Origin: Auanema rhodensis
Lineage: Eukaryota; Animalia; Nematoda
DNA length: 64,000 nt
Reading direction: 5' to 3'
NCBI GenBank assembly: GCA_964057225.1
Contig: OZ059897.1
Span: 20,460,001 to 20,524,000 of the forward strand
In this document: positions 23,865-39,400 of the stretch, piece by piece
How the letters are laid out: the number at the start of each line of letters is the position of its first letter
Numbering within the stretch: position 1 is the first letter of the stretch
Notes under the pieces: model-generated
Told to the model about the DNA's origin: nothing
The model's database searches: none
Seen by the model: the letters and a program-made list of their open reading frames with translations, nothing else
Translations under genes and position numbers: made by a program

Positions 23865-26800
23865 CAGTTGATATCTCGGTGCATTTTTAAGCTAGCGCAA
23901 ATCTGATAACACAGATCGACGCAGCTTAAAAATCCGCATCGAATGCACTATACTACATTGAGAAACGCTTAATACAAAAATTAGTTATGATCGTTTGAAA
24001 AATGATGCATTAGTGTATGTTGAGTTTCCATGTACACTCAACATTGCTTCCAAAAACATTTTGACAAAAATTTTTTCGAAAAATTTCAAAATAATTTAGC
24101 AAAAAGTAGATGTTTTTAGATTCCTTTTTTCAAGGCAAAGACGATGGACGATGTTATTCAACGAAAAAATTAATTCTTCAGGGTGAAAATCGAGGATATA
24201 AGTGTGAACTTATATCAGTTGATATCTCGGTGCATTTTTAAGCTAGCGCAAATCTGATAACACAGATCGACGCAGCTCAAAAATCCGTACGAATGCACTA
24301 TACTATATTGAGAAACGCTTAATACAAAAATTAGTTATGATCGTTTGAAAAATGATGCATTAGTGTATGTTGAGTTTCCATGTACACTCAACATTGCTTC
24401 CAAAACCATTTTGACAAAAATTTTTTCGAAAAATTTCAAAATAATTAAGCAAAAAGTAGATGTTTTTAGATTCCTTTTTTCAAGGCAAAGACGATGGACA
24501 ATGTTATTCAACGAAAAAACTAATTCTTCAGGGTGAAAATCGAGGATATAAGTGTGAACTTATATCAGTTGATATCTCGGTACATTTTTAAGCTAGCGCA
24601 AATCGGATAACACAGATCGACGCAGCTTAAAAATCCGCATCGAATGCACTATACTACATGGAAGAACGCTTAATACAAAAATTAGTTATGATCGTTTGAA
24701 AAATGATGCATTAGTGTATGTTGAGTTTCCATGTACACTCAACATTGCTTCCAAAAACATTTTGACAAAAATTTTTTCGAAAAATTTCAAAATAATTTAG
24801 CAAAAAGTAGATGTTTTTAGATTCCTTTTTTCAAGGCAAAGACGATGGACAATGTTATTCAACGAAAAAATTATTTCTTCAGGGTGAAAATCGAGGATAT
24901 AAGTGTAAACTTATATCATTTGATATCTCGGTGCATTTTTAAGCTAGCGCAAATCTGATAACACAGATCGACGCAGCTTAAAAATCCGCATCGAATGCAC
25001 TATACTACATTAAGAAACGCTTAATACAAAAATTAGTTATGATCGTTTGAAAAATGATGCATTAGTGTATGTTGAGTTTCCATGTACACTCAACATTGCT
25101 TCCAAAAACATTTTGACAAAAATTTTTTCGAAAAATTTCAAAATAATTTAGCAAAAAGTAGATGTTTTTAGATTTCTTTTTTCAAGGCAAAGACGATGGA
25201 CAATGTTATTCAACGAAAAAATTAATTCTTCAGGGTGAAAATCGAGGATATAAGTGTGAACTTATATCAGTTGATATCTCGGTACATTTTTAAGCTAGCG
25301 CAAATCTGATAACACAGATCGACGCAGCTTAAAATTCCGCATCGAATGCACTATACTACATGGAAGAACGCTTAATACAAAAATTAGTTATGATCGTTTG
25401 AAAAATGATGCATTAGTGTATGTTGAGTTTCCATGTACACTCAACATTGCTTCCAAAAACATTTTGACAAAAATTTTTTCGAAAAATTTCAAAATAATTT
25501 AGCAAAAAGTAGATGTTTTTAGATTCCTTTTTTCAAGGCAAAGACAATGGACCATGTTATTCAACGAAAAAATTAATTCTTCAGGGTGAAAATCGAGGAT
25601 ATAAGTGTAAACTTATATCATTTGATATCTCGGTGCATTTTTAAGCTAGCGCAAATCTGATAACACAGATCGACGCAGCTTAAAAATCCGCATGGAATGC
25701 ACTATACTACATAGAAGAACGCGTAATACAAAAATTAGTTATGATCGTTTGAAAAATGATGCATTAGTGTATGTTGAGTTTCCATGTACACTCAACATTG
25801 CTTCCAAAAACATTTTGACAAAAATTTTTTCGAAAAATTTCAAAATAATTTAGCAAAAAGTAGATGTTTTTAGATTCCTTTTTTCAAGGCAAAGACAATG
25901 GACCATGTTATTCAACGAAAAAATTAATTCTTCAGGGTGAAAATCGAGGATATAAGTGTGAACTTATATCAGTTGATATCTCGGTGCATTTTTAAGCTAG
26001 CGCAAATCTTATAACACAGATCGACGCAGCTTAAAAATCCGCATCGAATGCACTATACTACATAGAAGAACGCTTAATACAAAAATTAGTTATGATCGTT
26101 TGAAAAATGATGCATTAGTGTATGTTGAGTTTCCATGTACACTCAACATTGCTTCCAAAAACATTTTGACAAAAATTTTTTCGAAAAATTTCAAAATAAT
26201 TTAGCAAAAAGTAGATGTTTTTAGATTTCTTTTTTCAAGGCAAAGACAATGGACCATGTTATTCAACGAAAAAATTAATTCTTCAGGGTGAAAATCGAGG
26301 ATATAAGTGTAAACTTATATCATTTGATATCTCGGTGCATTTTTAAGCTAGCGCAAATCTGATAACACAGATCGACGCAGCTTAAAAATCCGCATCGAAT
26401 GCACTATACTACATTAAGAAACGCTTAATACAAAAATTAGTTATGATCGTTTGAAAAATGATGCATTAGTGTATGTTGAGTTTCCATGTACACTCAACAT
26501 TGCTTCCAAAAACATTTTGACAAAAATTTTTTCGAAAAATTTCAAAATAATTTAGCAGAAAGTAGATGTTTTTAGATTCCTTTTTTCAAGGCAAAGACGA
26601 TGGACAATGTTATTCAACGAAAAAATTATTTCTTCAGGGTGAAAATCGAGGATATAAGTGTGAACTTATATCAGTTGATATCTCGGTGCATTTTTAAGCT
26701 AGCGCAAATCTGATAACACAGATCGACGCAGCTTAAAAATCCGCATCGAATGCACTATACTACATTGAGAAACGCTTAATACAAAAATTAGTTATGATCG

Positions 26801-28425
26801 TTTGAAAAATGATGCATTAGTGTATGTTGAGTTTCCATGTACACTCAACATTGCTTCCAAAAACATTTTGACAAAAATTTTTTCGAAAAATTTCAAAATA
26901 ATTTAGCAAAAAGTAGATGTTTTTAGATTCCTTTTTTCAAGGCAAAGACGATGGACGATGTTATTCAACGAAAAAATTAATTCTTCAGGGTGAAAATCGA
27001 GGATATAAGTGTGAACTTATATCAGTTGATATCTCGGTGCATTTTTAAGCTAGCGCAAATCTGATAACACAGATCGACGCAGCTCAAAAATCCGTACGAA
27101 TGCACTATACTATATTGAGAAACGCTTAATACAAAAATTAGTTATGATCGTTTGAAAAATGATGCATTAGTGTATGTTGAGTTTCCATGTACACTCAACA
27201 TTGCTTCCAAAACCATTTTGACAAAAATTTTTTCGAAAAATTTCAAAATAATTAAGCAAAAAGTAGATGTTTTTAGATTCCTTTTTTCAAGGCAAAGACG
27301 ATGGACAATGTTATTCAACGAAAAAACTAATTCTTCAGGGTGAAAATCGAGGATATAAGTGTGAACTTATATCAGTTGATATCTCGGTACATTTTTAAGC
27401 TAGCGCAAATCGGATAACACAGATCGACGCAGCTTAAAAATCCGCATCGAATGCACTATACTACATGGAAGAACGCTTAATACAAAAATTAGTTATGATC
27501 GTTTGAAAAATGATGCATTAGTGTATGTTGAGTTTCCATGTACACTCAACATTGCTTCCAAAAACATTTTGACAAAAATTTTTTCGAAAAATTTCAAAAT
27601 AATTTAGCAAAAAGTAGATGTTTTTAGATTCCTTTTTTCAAGGCAAAGACGATGGACAATGTTATTCAACGAAAAAATTATTTCTTCAGGGTGAAAATCG
27701 AGGATATAAGTGTAAACTTATATCATTTGATATCTCGGTGCATTTTTAAGCTAGCGCAAATCTGATAACACAGATCGACGCAGCTTAAAAATCCGCATCG
27801 AATGCACTATACTACATTAAGAAACGCTTAATACAAAAATTAGTTATGATCGTTTGAAAAATGATGCATTAGTGTATGTTGAGTTTCCATGTACACTCAA
27901 CATTGCTTCCAAAAACATTTTGACAAAAATTTTTTCGAAAAATTTCAAAATAATTTAGCAAAAAGTAGATGTTTTTAGATTTCTTTTTTCAAGGCAAAGA
28001 CGATGGACAATGTTATTCAACGAAAAAATTAATTCTTCAGGGTGAAAATCGAGGATATAAGTGTGAACTTATATCAGTTGATATCTCGGTACATTTTTAA
28101 GCTAGCGCAAATCTGATAACACAGATCGACGCAGCTTAAAATTCCGCATCGAATGCACTATACTACATGGAAGAACGCTTAATACAAAAATTAGTTATGA
28201 TCGTTTGAAAAATGATGCATTAGTGTATGTTGAGTTTCCATGTACACTCAACATTGCTTCCAAAAACATTTTGACAAAAATTTTTTCGAAAAATTTCAAA
28301 ATAATTTAGCAAAAAGTAGATGTTTTTAGATTCCTTTTTTCAAGGCAAAGACAATGGACCATGTTATTCAACGAAAAAATTAATTCTTCAGGGTGAAAAT
28401 CGAGGATATAAGTGTAAACTTATAT
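23865..28425. repeat. 8-monomer HOR (2807 bp), one full plus one partial copy
   Basis: The 350-bp monomers with aaaaCcatt/aaaaCtaa give ORFs at 24345 and 27152. The aaaaTtccgc marker repeats at the same spacing. Confidence 0.88.
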
Positions 28426-30882
28426 CATTTGATATCTCGGTGCATTTTTAAGCTAGCGCAAATCTGATAACACAGATCGACGCAGCTTAAAAATCCGCAT
28501 CGAATGCACTATACTACATTGAGAAACGCTTAATACAAAAATTAGTTATGATCGTTTGAAAAATGATGCATTAGTGTATGTTGAGTTTCCATGTACACTC
28601 AACATTGCTTCCAAAAACATTTTGACAAAAATTTTTTCGAAAAATTTCAAAATAATTTAGCAAAAAGTAGATGTTTTTAGATTCCTTTTTTCAAGGCAAA
28701 GACAATGGACCATGTTATTCAACGAAAAAATTAATTCTTCAGGGTGAAAATCGAGGATATAAGTGTGAACTTATATCAGTTGATATCTCGGTGCATTTTT
28801 AAGCTAGCGCAAATCTGATAACACAGATCGACGCAGCTTAAAAATCCGCATCGAATGCACTATACTACATAGAAGAACGCTTAATACAAAAATTAGTTAT
28901 GATCGTTTGAAAAATGATGCATTAGTGTATGTTGAGTTTCCATGTACACTCAACATTGCTTCCAAAAACATTTTGACAAAAATTTTTTCGAAAAATTTCA
29001 AAATAATTTAGCAAAAAGTAGATGTTTTTAGATTCCTTTTTTCAAGGCAAAGACGATGGACAATGTTATTCAACGAAAAAATTATTTCTTCAGGGTGAAA
29101 ATCGAGGATATAAGTGTGAACTTATATCAGTTGATATCTCGGTGCATTTTTAAGCTAGCGCAAATCTGATAACACAGATCGACGCAGCTTAAAAATCCGC
29201 ATCGAATGCACTATACTACATTGAGAAACGCTTAATACAAAAATTAGTTATGATCGTTTGAAAAATGATGCATTAGTGTATGTTGAGTTTCCATGTACAC
29301 TCAACATTGCTTCCAAAAACATTTTGACAAAAATTTTTTCGAAAAATTTCAAAATAATTTAGCAAAAAGTAGATGTTTTTAGATTCCTTTTTTCAAGGCA
29401 AAGACAATGGACCATGTTATTCAACGAAAAAATTAATTCTTCAGGGTGAAAATCGAGGATATAAGTGTGAACTTATATCAGTTGATATCTCGGTGCATTT
29501 TTAAGCTAGCGCAAATCTGATAACACAGATCGACGCAGCTTAAAAATCCGCATCGAATGCACTATACTACATAGAAGAACGCTTAATACAAAAATTAGTT
29601 ATGATCGTTTGAAAAATGATGCATTAGTGTATGTTGAGTTTCCATGTACACTCAACATTGCTTCCAAAAACATTTTGACAAAAATTTTTTCGAAAAATTT
29701 CAAAATAATTTAGCAAAAAGTAGATGTTTTTAGATTCCTTTTTTCAAGGCAAAGACGATGGACAATGTTATTCAACGAAAAAATTATTTCTTCAGGGTGA
29801 AAATCGAGGATATAAGTGTGAACTTATATCAGTTGATATCTCGGTGCATTTTTAAGCTAGCGCAAATCTGATAACACAGATCGACGCAGCTTAAAAATCC
29901 GCATCGAATGCACTATACTACATTAAGAAACGCTTAATACAAAAATTAGTTATGATCGTTTGAAAAATGATGCATTAGTGTATGTTGAGTTTCCATGTAC
30001 ACTCAACATTGCTTTCAAAAACATTTTGACAAAAATTTTTTCGAAAAATTTCAAAATAATTTAGCAAAAAGTAGATGTTTTTAGATTCCTTTTTTCAAGG
30101 CAAAGACGATGGACAATGTTATTCAACGAAAAAATTAATTCTTCAGGGTGAAAATCGAGGATATAAGTGTAAACTTATATCAGTTGATATCTCGGTGCAT
30201 TTTTAAGCTAGCGCAAATCTGATAACACAGATCGACGCAGCTTAAAAATCCGCATCGAATGCACTATACTACATTGAGAAACGCTTAATACAAAAATTAG
30301 TTATGATCGTTTGAAAAATGATGCATTAGTGTATGTTGAGTTTCCATGTACACTCAACATTGCTTCCAAAAACATTTTGACAAAAATTTTTTCGAAAAAT
30401 TTCAAAATAATTTAGCAAAAAGTAGATGTTTTTAGATTCCTTTTTTCAAGGCAAAGACGATGGACAATGTTATTTAACGAAAAAATTAATTCTTCAGGGT
30501 GAAAATCGAGGATAAAAGTGTAAACTTATATCAGTTGATATCTCGGTGCATTTTTAAGCTAGCGCAAATCTGATAACACAGATCGACGCAGCTTAAAAAT
30601 CCGCATCGAATGCACTATACTACATTGAGAAACGCTTAATACAAAAATTAGTTATGATCGTTTGAAAAATGATGCATTAGTGTATGTTGAGTTTCCATGT
30701 ACACTCAACATTGCTTCCAAAAACATTTTGACAAAAATTTTTTCGAAAAATTTCAAAATAATTTAGCAAAAAGTAGATGTTTTTAGATTCCTTTTTTCAA
30801 GGCAAAGACAATGGACCATGTTATTCAACGAAAAAAGTAATTCTTCAGGGTGAAAATCGAGGATATAAGTGTAAACTTATAT

Positions 30883-32988
30883 CATTTGATATCTCGGTGC
30901 ATTTTTAAGCTAGCGCAAATCTGATAACACAGATCGACGCAGCTTAAAAATCCGCATCGAATGCACTATACTACATTAAGAAACGCTTAATACGAAAATT
31001 AGTTATGATCGTTTGAAAAATGATGCATTAGTGTATGTTGAGTTTCCATGTACACTCAACATTGCTTCCAAAAACATTTTGACAAAAATTTTTTCGAAAA
31101 ATTTCAAAATAATTTAGCAAAAAGTAGATGTTTTTAGATTCCTTTTTTTAAGGCAAAGACAATGGACCATGTTATTCAACGAAAAAATTAATTCTTCAGG
31201 GTGAAAATCGAGGATATAAGTGTAAACTTATATCATTTGATACCTCGGTGCATTTTTAAGCTAGCGCAAATCTGATAACACAGATCGACGCAGCTTAAAA
31301 ATCCGCATCGAATGCACTATACTACATTAAGAAACGCTTAATACAAAAATTAGTTATGATCGTTTGAAAAATGATGCATTAGTGTATGTTGAGTTTCCAT
31401 GTACACTCAACATTGCTTCCGAAAACATTTTGACAAAAATTTTTTCGAAAAATTTCAAAATAATTTAGCAAAAAGTAGATGTTTTTAGATTCCTTTTTTT
31501 AAGGCAAAGACAATGGACCATGTTATTCAACGAAAAAATTAATTCTTCAGGGTGAAAATCGAGGATATAAGTGTAAACTTATATCATTTGATACCTCGGT
31601 GCATTTTTAAGCTAGCGCAAATCTGATAACACAGATCGACGCAGCTTAAAAATCCGCATCGAATGCACTATACTACATTAAGAAACGCTTAATACAAAAA
31701 TTAGTTATGATCGTTTGAAAAATGATGCATTAGTGTATGTTGAGTTTCCATGTACACTCAACATTGCTTCCGAAAACATTTTGACAAAAATTTTTTCGAA
31801 AAATTTCAAAATAATTTAGCAAAAAGTAGATGTTTTTAGATTCCTTTTTTCAAGGCAAAGACGATGAACAATGTTATTCAACGAAAAAATTAATTCTTCA
31901 GGGTGAAAATCAAGGATATAAGTGTGAACTTATATCAGATGATATCTCGGTGCATTTTTAAGCTAGCGCAAATCTGATAACACAGATCGACGCAGCTTAA
32001 AAATCCGCATCGAATGCACTATACTACATTAAGAAACGCTTAATACGAAAATTAGTTATGATCGTTTGAAAAATGATGCATTAGTGTATGTTGAGTTTCC
32101 ATGTACACTCAACATTGCTTCCAAAAACATTTTGACAAAAATTTTTTCGAAAAATTTCAAAATAATTTAGCAAAAAGTAGATGTTTTTAGATTCCTTTTT
32201 TTAAGGCAAAGACAATGGACCATGTTATTCAACGAAAAAATTAATTCTTCAGGGTGAAAATCGAGGATATAAGTGTAAACTTATATCATTTGATACCTCG
32301 GTGCATTTTTAAGCTAGCGCAAATCTGATAACACAGATCGACGCAGCTTAAAAATCCGCATCGAATGCACTATACTACATTAAGAAACGCTTAATACAAA
32401 AATTAGTTATGATCGTTTGAAAAATGATGCATTAGTGTATGTTGAGTTTCCATGTACACTCAACATTGCTTCCGAAAACATTTTGACAAAAATTTTTTCG
32501 AAAAATTTCAAAATAATTTAGCAAAAAGTAGATGTTTTTAGATTCCTTTTTTTAAGGCAAAGACAATGGACCATGTTATTCAACGAAAAAATTAATTCTT
32601 CAGGGTGAAAATCGAGGATATAAGTGTAAACTTATATCATTTGATACCTCGGTGCATTTTTAAGCTAGCGCAAATCTGATAACACAGATCGACGCAGCTT
32701 AAAAATCCGCATCGAATGCACTATACTACATTAAGAAACGCTTAATACAAAAATTAGTTATGATCGTTTGAAAAATGATGCATTAGTGTATGTTGAGTTT
32801 CCATGTACACTCAACATTGCTTCCGAAAACATTTTGACAAAAATTTTTTCGAAAAATTTCAAAATAATTTAGCAAAAAGTAGATGTTTTTAGATTCCTTT
32901 TTTCAAGGCAAAGACGATGAACAATGTTATTCAACGAAAAAATTAATTCTTCAGGGTGAAAATCAAGGATATAAGTGTGAACTTATAT
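30883..32988. repeat. 3-monomer local duplication (1053 bp)
   Basis: Marker aaatcAagg at 31912 and 32965; tacGaaa is repeated at the same spacing. Confidence 0.88.
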
Positions 32989-35900
32989 CAGATGATATCT
33001 CGGTGCATTTTTAAGCTAGCGCAAATCTGATAACACAGATCGACGCAGCTTAAAAATCCGCATCGAATGCACTATACTACATTGAGAAACGCTTAATACA
33101 AAAATTAGTTATGATCGTTTGAAAAATGATGCATTAGTGTATGTTGAGTTTCCATGTACACTCAACATTGCTTCCAAAAACATTTTGACAAAAATTTTTT
33201 CGAAAATTTTCAAAATAATTTAGCAAAAAGTAGATGTTTTTAGATTCCTTTTTTCAAGGCAAAGACAATGGACCATGTTATTCAACGAAAAAATTAATTC
33301 TTCAGGGTGAAAATCGAGGATATAAGTGTGAACTTATATCAGTTGATATCTCGGTGCATTTTTAAGCTAGCGCAAATCTGATAACACAGATCGACGCAGC
33401 TTAAAAATCCGCATCGAATGCACTATACTACATTGAGAAACGCTTAATACAAAAATTAGTTATGATCGTTTGAAAAATGATGCATTAGTGTATGTTGAGT
33501 TTCCATGTACACTCAACATTGCTTCCAAAAACATTTTGACAAAAATTTTTTCGAAAAATTTCAAAATAATTTAGCAAAAAGTAGATGTTTTTAGATTTCA
33601 TTTTTCAAGGCAAAGACGATGGACAATGTTATTCAACGAAAAAATTAATTCTTCAGGGTGAAAATCGAGGATATAAGTGTGAACTTATATCAGTTGATAT
33701 CTCGGTGCATTTTTAAGCTAGCGCAAATCTGATAACACAGATCGACGCAGCTTAAAAATCCGCATCGAATGCACTATACTACATTGAGAAACGCTTAATA
33801 CAAAAATTAGTTATGATCGTTTGAAAAATGATGCATTAGTGTATGTTGAGTTTCCATGTACACTCAACATTGCTTCCAAAAACATTTCGACAAAAATTTT
33901 TTCGAAAAATTTCAAAATAATTTAGCAAAAAGTAGATGTTTTTAGATTCCTTTTTTCAAGGCAAAGACAATGGACCATGTTATTCAACGAAAAAATTAAT
34001 TCTTCAGGGTGAAAATCGAGGATAAAAGTGTAAACTTATATCAGTTGATATCTCGGTGCATTTTTAAGCTAGCGCAAATCTGATAACACAGATCGACGCA
34101 GCTTAAAAATCCGCATCGAATGCACTATACTACATTGAGAAACGCTTAATACAAAAATTAGTTATGATCGTTTGAAAAATGATGCATTAGTGTATGTTGA
34201 GTTTCCATGTACACTCAACATTGCTTCCAAAAACATTTTGACAAAAATTTTTTCGAAAAATTTCAAAATAATTTAGCAAAAAGTAGATGTTTTTAGATTC
34301 CTTTTTTCAAGCCAAAGACGATGGACGATGTTATTCAACGAAAAAATTAATTCTTCAGGGTGAAAATCGAGGATATAAGTGTGAACTTATATCAGTTGAT
34401 ATCTCGGTGCATTTTTAAGCTAGCGCAAATCTGATAACACAGATCGACGCAGCTCAAAAATCCGTACGAATGCACTATACTATATTGAGAAACGCTTAAT
34501 ACAAAAATTAGTTATGATCGTTTGAAAAATGATGCATTAGTGTATGTTGAGTTTCCATGTACACTCAACATTGCTTCCAAAAACATTTTGACAAAAATTT
34601 TTTCGAAAAATTTCAAAATAATTAAGCAAAAAGTAGATGTTTTTAGATTCCTTTTTTCAAGGCAAAGACGATGGACAATGTTATTCAACGAAAAAATTAT
34701 TTCTTCAGGGTGAAAATCGAGGATATAAGTGTGAACTTATATCAGTTGATATCTCGGTACATTTTTAAGCTAGCGCAAATCGGATAACACAGATCGACGC
34801 AGCTTAAAAATCCGCATCGAATGCACTATACTACATGGAAGAACGCTTAATACAAAAATTAGTTATGATCGTTTGAAAAATGATGCATTAGTGTATGTTG
34901 AGTTTCCATGTACACTCAACATTGCTTCCAAAAACATTTTGACAAAAATTTTTTCGAAAAATTTCAAAATAATTTAGCAAAAAGTAGATGTTTTTAGATT
35001 CCTTTTTTCAAGGCAAAGACGATGGACAATGTTATTCAACGAAAAAATTATTTCTTCAGGGTGAAAATCGAGGATATAAGTGTAAACTTATATCATTTGA
35101 TATCTCGGTGCATTTTTAAGCTAGCGCAAATCTGATAACACAGATCGACGCAGCTTAAAAATCCGCATCGAATGCACTATACTACATTAAGAAACGCTTA
35201 ATACAAAAATTAGTTATGATCGTTTGAAAAATGATGCATTAGTGTATGTTGAGTTTCCATGTACACTCAACATTGCTTCCAAAAACATTTTGACAAAAAT
35301 TTTTTCGAAAAATTTCAAAATAATTTAGCAAAAAGTAGATGTTTTTATATTCCTTTTTTCAAGGCAAAGACGATGGACAATGTTATTCAACGAAAAAATT
35401 AATTCTTCAGGGTGAAAATCGAGGATATAAGTGTGAACTTATATCAGTTGATATCTCGGTACATTTTTAAGCTAGCGCAAATCTGATAACACAGATCGAC
35501 GCAGCTTAAAAATCCGCATCGAATGCACTATACTACATGGAAGAACGCTTAATACAAAAATTAGTTATGATCGTTTGAAAAATGATGCATTAGTGTATGT
35601 TGAGTTTCCATGTACACTCAACATTGCTTCCAAAAACATTTTGACAAAAATTTTTTCGAAAAATTTCAAAATAATTTAGCAAAAAGTAGATGTTTTTAGA
35701 TTTCTTTTTTCAAGGCAAAGACAATGGACCATGTTATTCAACGAAAAAATTAATTCTTCAGGGTGAAAATCGAGGATATAAGTGTAAACTTATATCATTT
35801 GATATCTCGGTGCATTTTTAAGCTAGCGCAAATCTGATAACACAGATCGACGCAGCTTAAAAATCCGCATCGAATGCACTATACTACATTAAGAAACGCT

Positions 35901-36497
35901 TAATACAAAAATTAGTTATGATCGTTTGAAAAATGATGCATTAGTGTATGTTGAGTTTCCATGTACACTCAACATTGCCTCCAAAAACATTTTGACAAAA
36001 ATTTTTTCGAAAAATTTCAAAATAATTTAGCAAAAAGTAGATGTTTTTAGATTCCTTTTTTCAAGGCAAAGACGATGGACAATGTTATTCAACGAAAAAA
36101 TTATTTCTTCAGGGTGAAAATCGAGGATATAAGTGTAAACTTATATCAGTTGATATCTCGGTGCATTTTTAAGCTAGCGCAAATCTGATAACACAGATCG
36201 ACGCAGCTTAAAAATCCGCATCGAATGCACTATACTACATTGAGAAACGCTTAATACAAAAATTAGTTATGATCGTTTGAAAAATGATGCATTAGTGTAT
36301 GTTGAGTTTCCATGTACACTCAACATTGCTTCCAAAAACATTTTGACAAAAATTTTTTCGAAAAATTTCAAAATAATTTAGCAAAAAGTAGATGTTTTTA
36401 GATTCCTTTTTTCAAGGCAAAGACAATGGACCATGTTATTCAACGAAAAAATTAATTCTTCAGGGTGAAAATCGAGGATATAAGTGTGAACTTATAT

Positions 36498-39400
36498 CAG
36501 TTGATATCTCGGTGCATTTTTAAGCTAGCGCAAATCTGATAACACAGATCGACGCAGCTTAAAAATCCGCATCGAATGCACTATACTACATAGAAGAACG
36601 CTTAATACAAAAATTAGTTATGATCGTTTGAAAAATGATGCATTAGTGTATGTTGAGTTTCCATGTACACTCAACAATGCTTCCAAAAACATTTTGACAA
36701 AAATTTTTTCGAAAAATTTCAAAATAATTTAGCAAAAAGTAGATGTTTTTAGATTTCATTTTTCAAGGCAAAGACGATGGACAATGTTATTCAACGAAAA
36801 AATTAATTCTTCAGGGTGAAAATCGAGGATATAAGTGTGAACTTATATCAGTTGATATCTCGGTGCATTTTTAAGCTAGCGCAAATCTGATAACACAGAT
36901 CGACGCAGCTTAAAAATCCGCATCGAATGCACTATACTACATAGAAGAACGCTCAATACAAAAATTAGTTATGATCGTTTGAAAAATGATGCATTAGTGT
37001 ATGTTGAGTTTCCATGTACACTCAACATTGCTTCCAAAAACATTTTGACAAAAATTTTTTCGAAAAATTTCAAAATAATTTAGCAAAAAGTAGATGTTTT
37101 TAGATTCCTTTTTTCAAGGCAAAGACGATGGACAATGTTATTTAACGAAAAAATTAATTCTTCAGGGTGAAAATCGAGGATAAAAGTGTAAACTTATATC
37201 AGTTGATATCTCGGTGCATTTTTAAGCTAGCGCAAATCTGATAACACAGATCGACGCAGCTTAAAAATCCGCATCGAATGCACTATACTACATTGAGAAA
37301 CGCTTAATACAAAAATTAGTTATGATCGTTTGAAAAATGATGCATTAGTGTATGTTGAGTTTCCATGTACACTCAACATTGCTTCCAAAAACATTTTGAC
37401 AAAAATTTTTTCGAAAAATTTCAAAATAATTTAGCAAAAAGTAGATGTTTTTAGATTCCTTTTTTCAAGGCAAAGACAATGGACCATGTTATTCAACGAA
37501 AAAATTAATTCTTCAGGGTGAAAATCGAGGATATAAGTGTGAACTTATATCGGTTGATATCTCGGTGCATTTTTAAGCTAGCGCAAATCTGATAACACAG
37601 ATCGACGCAGCTTAAAAATCCGCATCGAATGCACTATACTACATAGAAGAACGCTTAATACAAAAATTAGTTATGATCGTTTGAAAAATGATGCATTAGT
37701 GTATGTTGAGTTTCCATGTACACTCAACAATGCTTCCAAAAACATTTTGACAAAAATTTTTTCGAAAAATTTCAAAATAATTTAGCAAAAAGTAGATGTT
37801 TTTAGATTTCATTTTTCAAGGCAAAGACGATGGACAATGTTATTCAACGAAAAAATTAATTCTTCAGGGTGAAAATCGAGGATATAAGTGTGAACTTATA
37901 TCAGTTGATATCTCGGTGCATTTTTAAGCTAGCGCAAATCTGATAACACAGATCGACGCAGCTTAAAAATCCGCATCGAATGCACTATACTACATAGAAG
38001 AACGCTTAATACAAAAATTAGTTATGATCGTTTGAAAAATGATGCATTAGTGTATGTTGAGTTTCCATGTACACTCAACATTGCTTCCAAAAACATTTTG
38101 ACAAAAATTTTTTCGAAAAATTTCAAAATAATTTAGCAAAAAGTAGATGTTTTTAGATTCCTTTTTTCAAGGCAAAGACAATGGACCATGTTATTCAACG
38201 AAAAAATTAATTCTTCAGGGTGAAAATCGAGGATATAAGTGTGAACTTATATCAGTTGATATCTCGGTGCATTTTTAAGCTAGCGCAAATCTGATAACAC
38301 AGATCGACGCAGCTTAAAAATCCGCATCGAATGCACTATACTACATAGAAGAACGCTTAATACAAAAATTAGTTATGATCGTTTGAAAAATGATGCATTA
38401 GTGTATGTTGAGTTTCCATGTACACTCAACAATGCTTCCAAAAACATTTTGACAAAAATTTTTTCGAAAAATTTCAAAATAATTTAGCAAAAAGTAGATG
38501 TTTTTAGATTTCATTTTTCAAGGCAAAGACGATGGACAATGTTATTCAACGAAAAAATTAATTCTTCAGGGTGAAAATCGAGGATATAAGTGTGAACTTA
38601 TATCAGTTGATATCTCGGTGCATTTTTAAGCTAGCGCAAATCTGATAACACAGATCGACGCAGCTTAAAAATCCGCATCGAATGCACTATACTACATAGA
38701 AGAACGCTCAATACAAAAATTAGTTATGATCGTTTGAAAAATGATGCATTAGTGTATGTTGAGTTTCCATGTACACTCAACATTGCTTCCAAAAACATTT
38801 TGACAAAAATTTTTTCGAAAAATTTCAAAATAATTTAGCAAAAAGTAGATGTTTTTAGATTCCTTTTTTCAAGGCAAAGACGATGGACAATGTTATTTAA
38901 CGAAAAAATTAATTCTTCAGGGTGAAAATCGAGGATAAAAGTGTAAACTTATATCAGTTGATATCTCGGTGCATTTTTAAGCTAGCGCAAATCTGATAAC
39001 ACAGATCGACGCAGCTTAAAAATCCGCATCGAATGCACTATACTACATTGAGAAACGCTTAATACAAAAATTAGTTATGATCGTTTGAAAAATGATGCAT
39101 TAGTGTATGTTGAGTTTCCATGTACACTCAACATTGCTTCCAAAAACATTTTGACAAAAATTTTTTCGAAAAATTTCAAAATAATTTAGCAAAAAGTAGA
39201 TGTTTTTAGATTCCTTTTTTCAAGGCAAAGACAATGGACCATGTTATTCAACGAAAAAATTAATTCTTCAGGGTGAAAATCGAGGATATAAGTGTGAACT
39301 TATATCGGTTGATATCTCGGTGCATTTTTAAGCTAGCGCAAATCTGATAACACAGATCGACGCAGCTTAAAAATCCGCATCGAATGCACTATACTACATA

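Larger units (their letters stand above)
11935..29829. repeat. Large tandem duplication, copy 1 (M35-M85, 51 monomers)
   Basis: The order of monomer types is reproduced from 29830 onward. Rare markers gcatGgaat (25694) and tagcaGaa (26558) recur at 44644 and 45508. Confidence 0.85.
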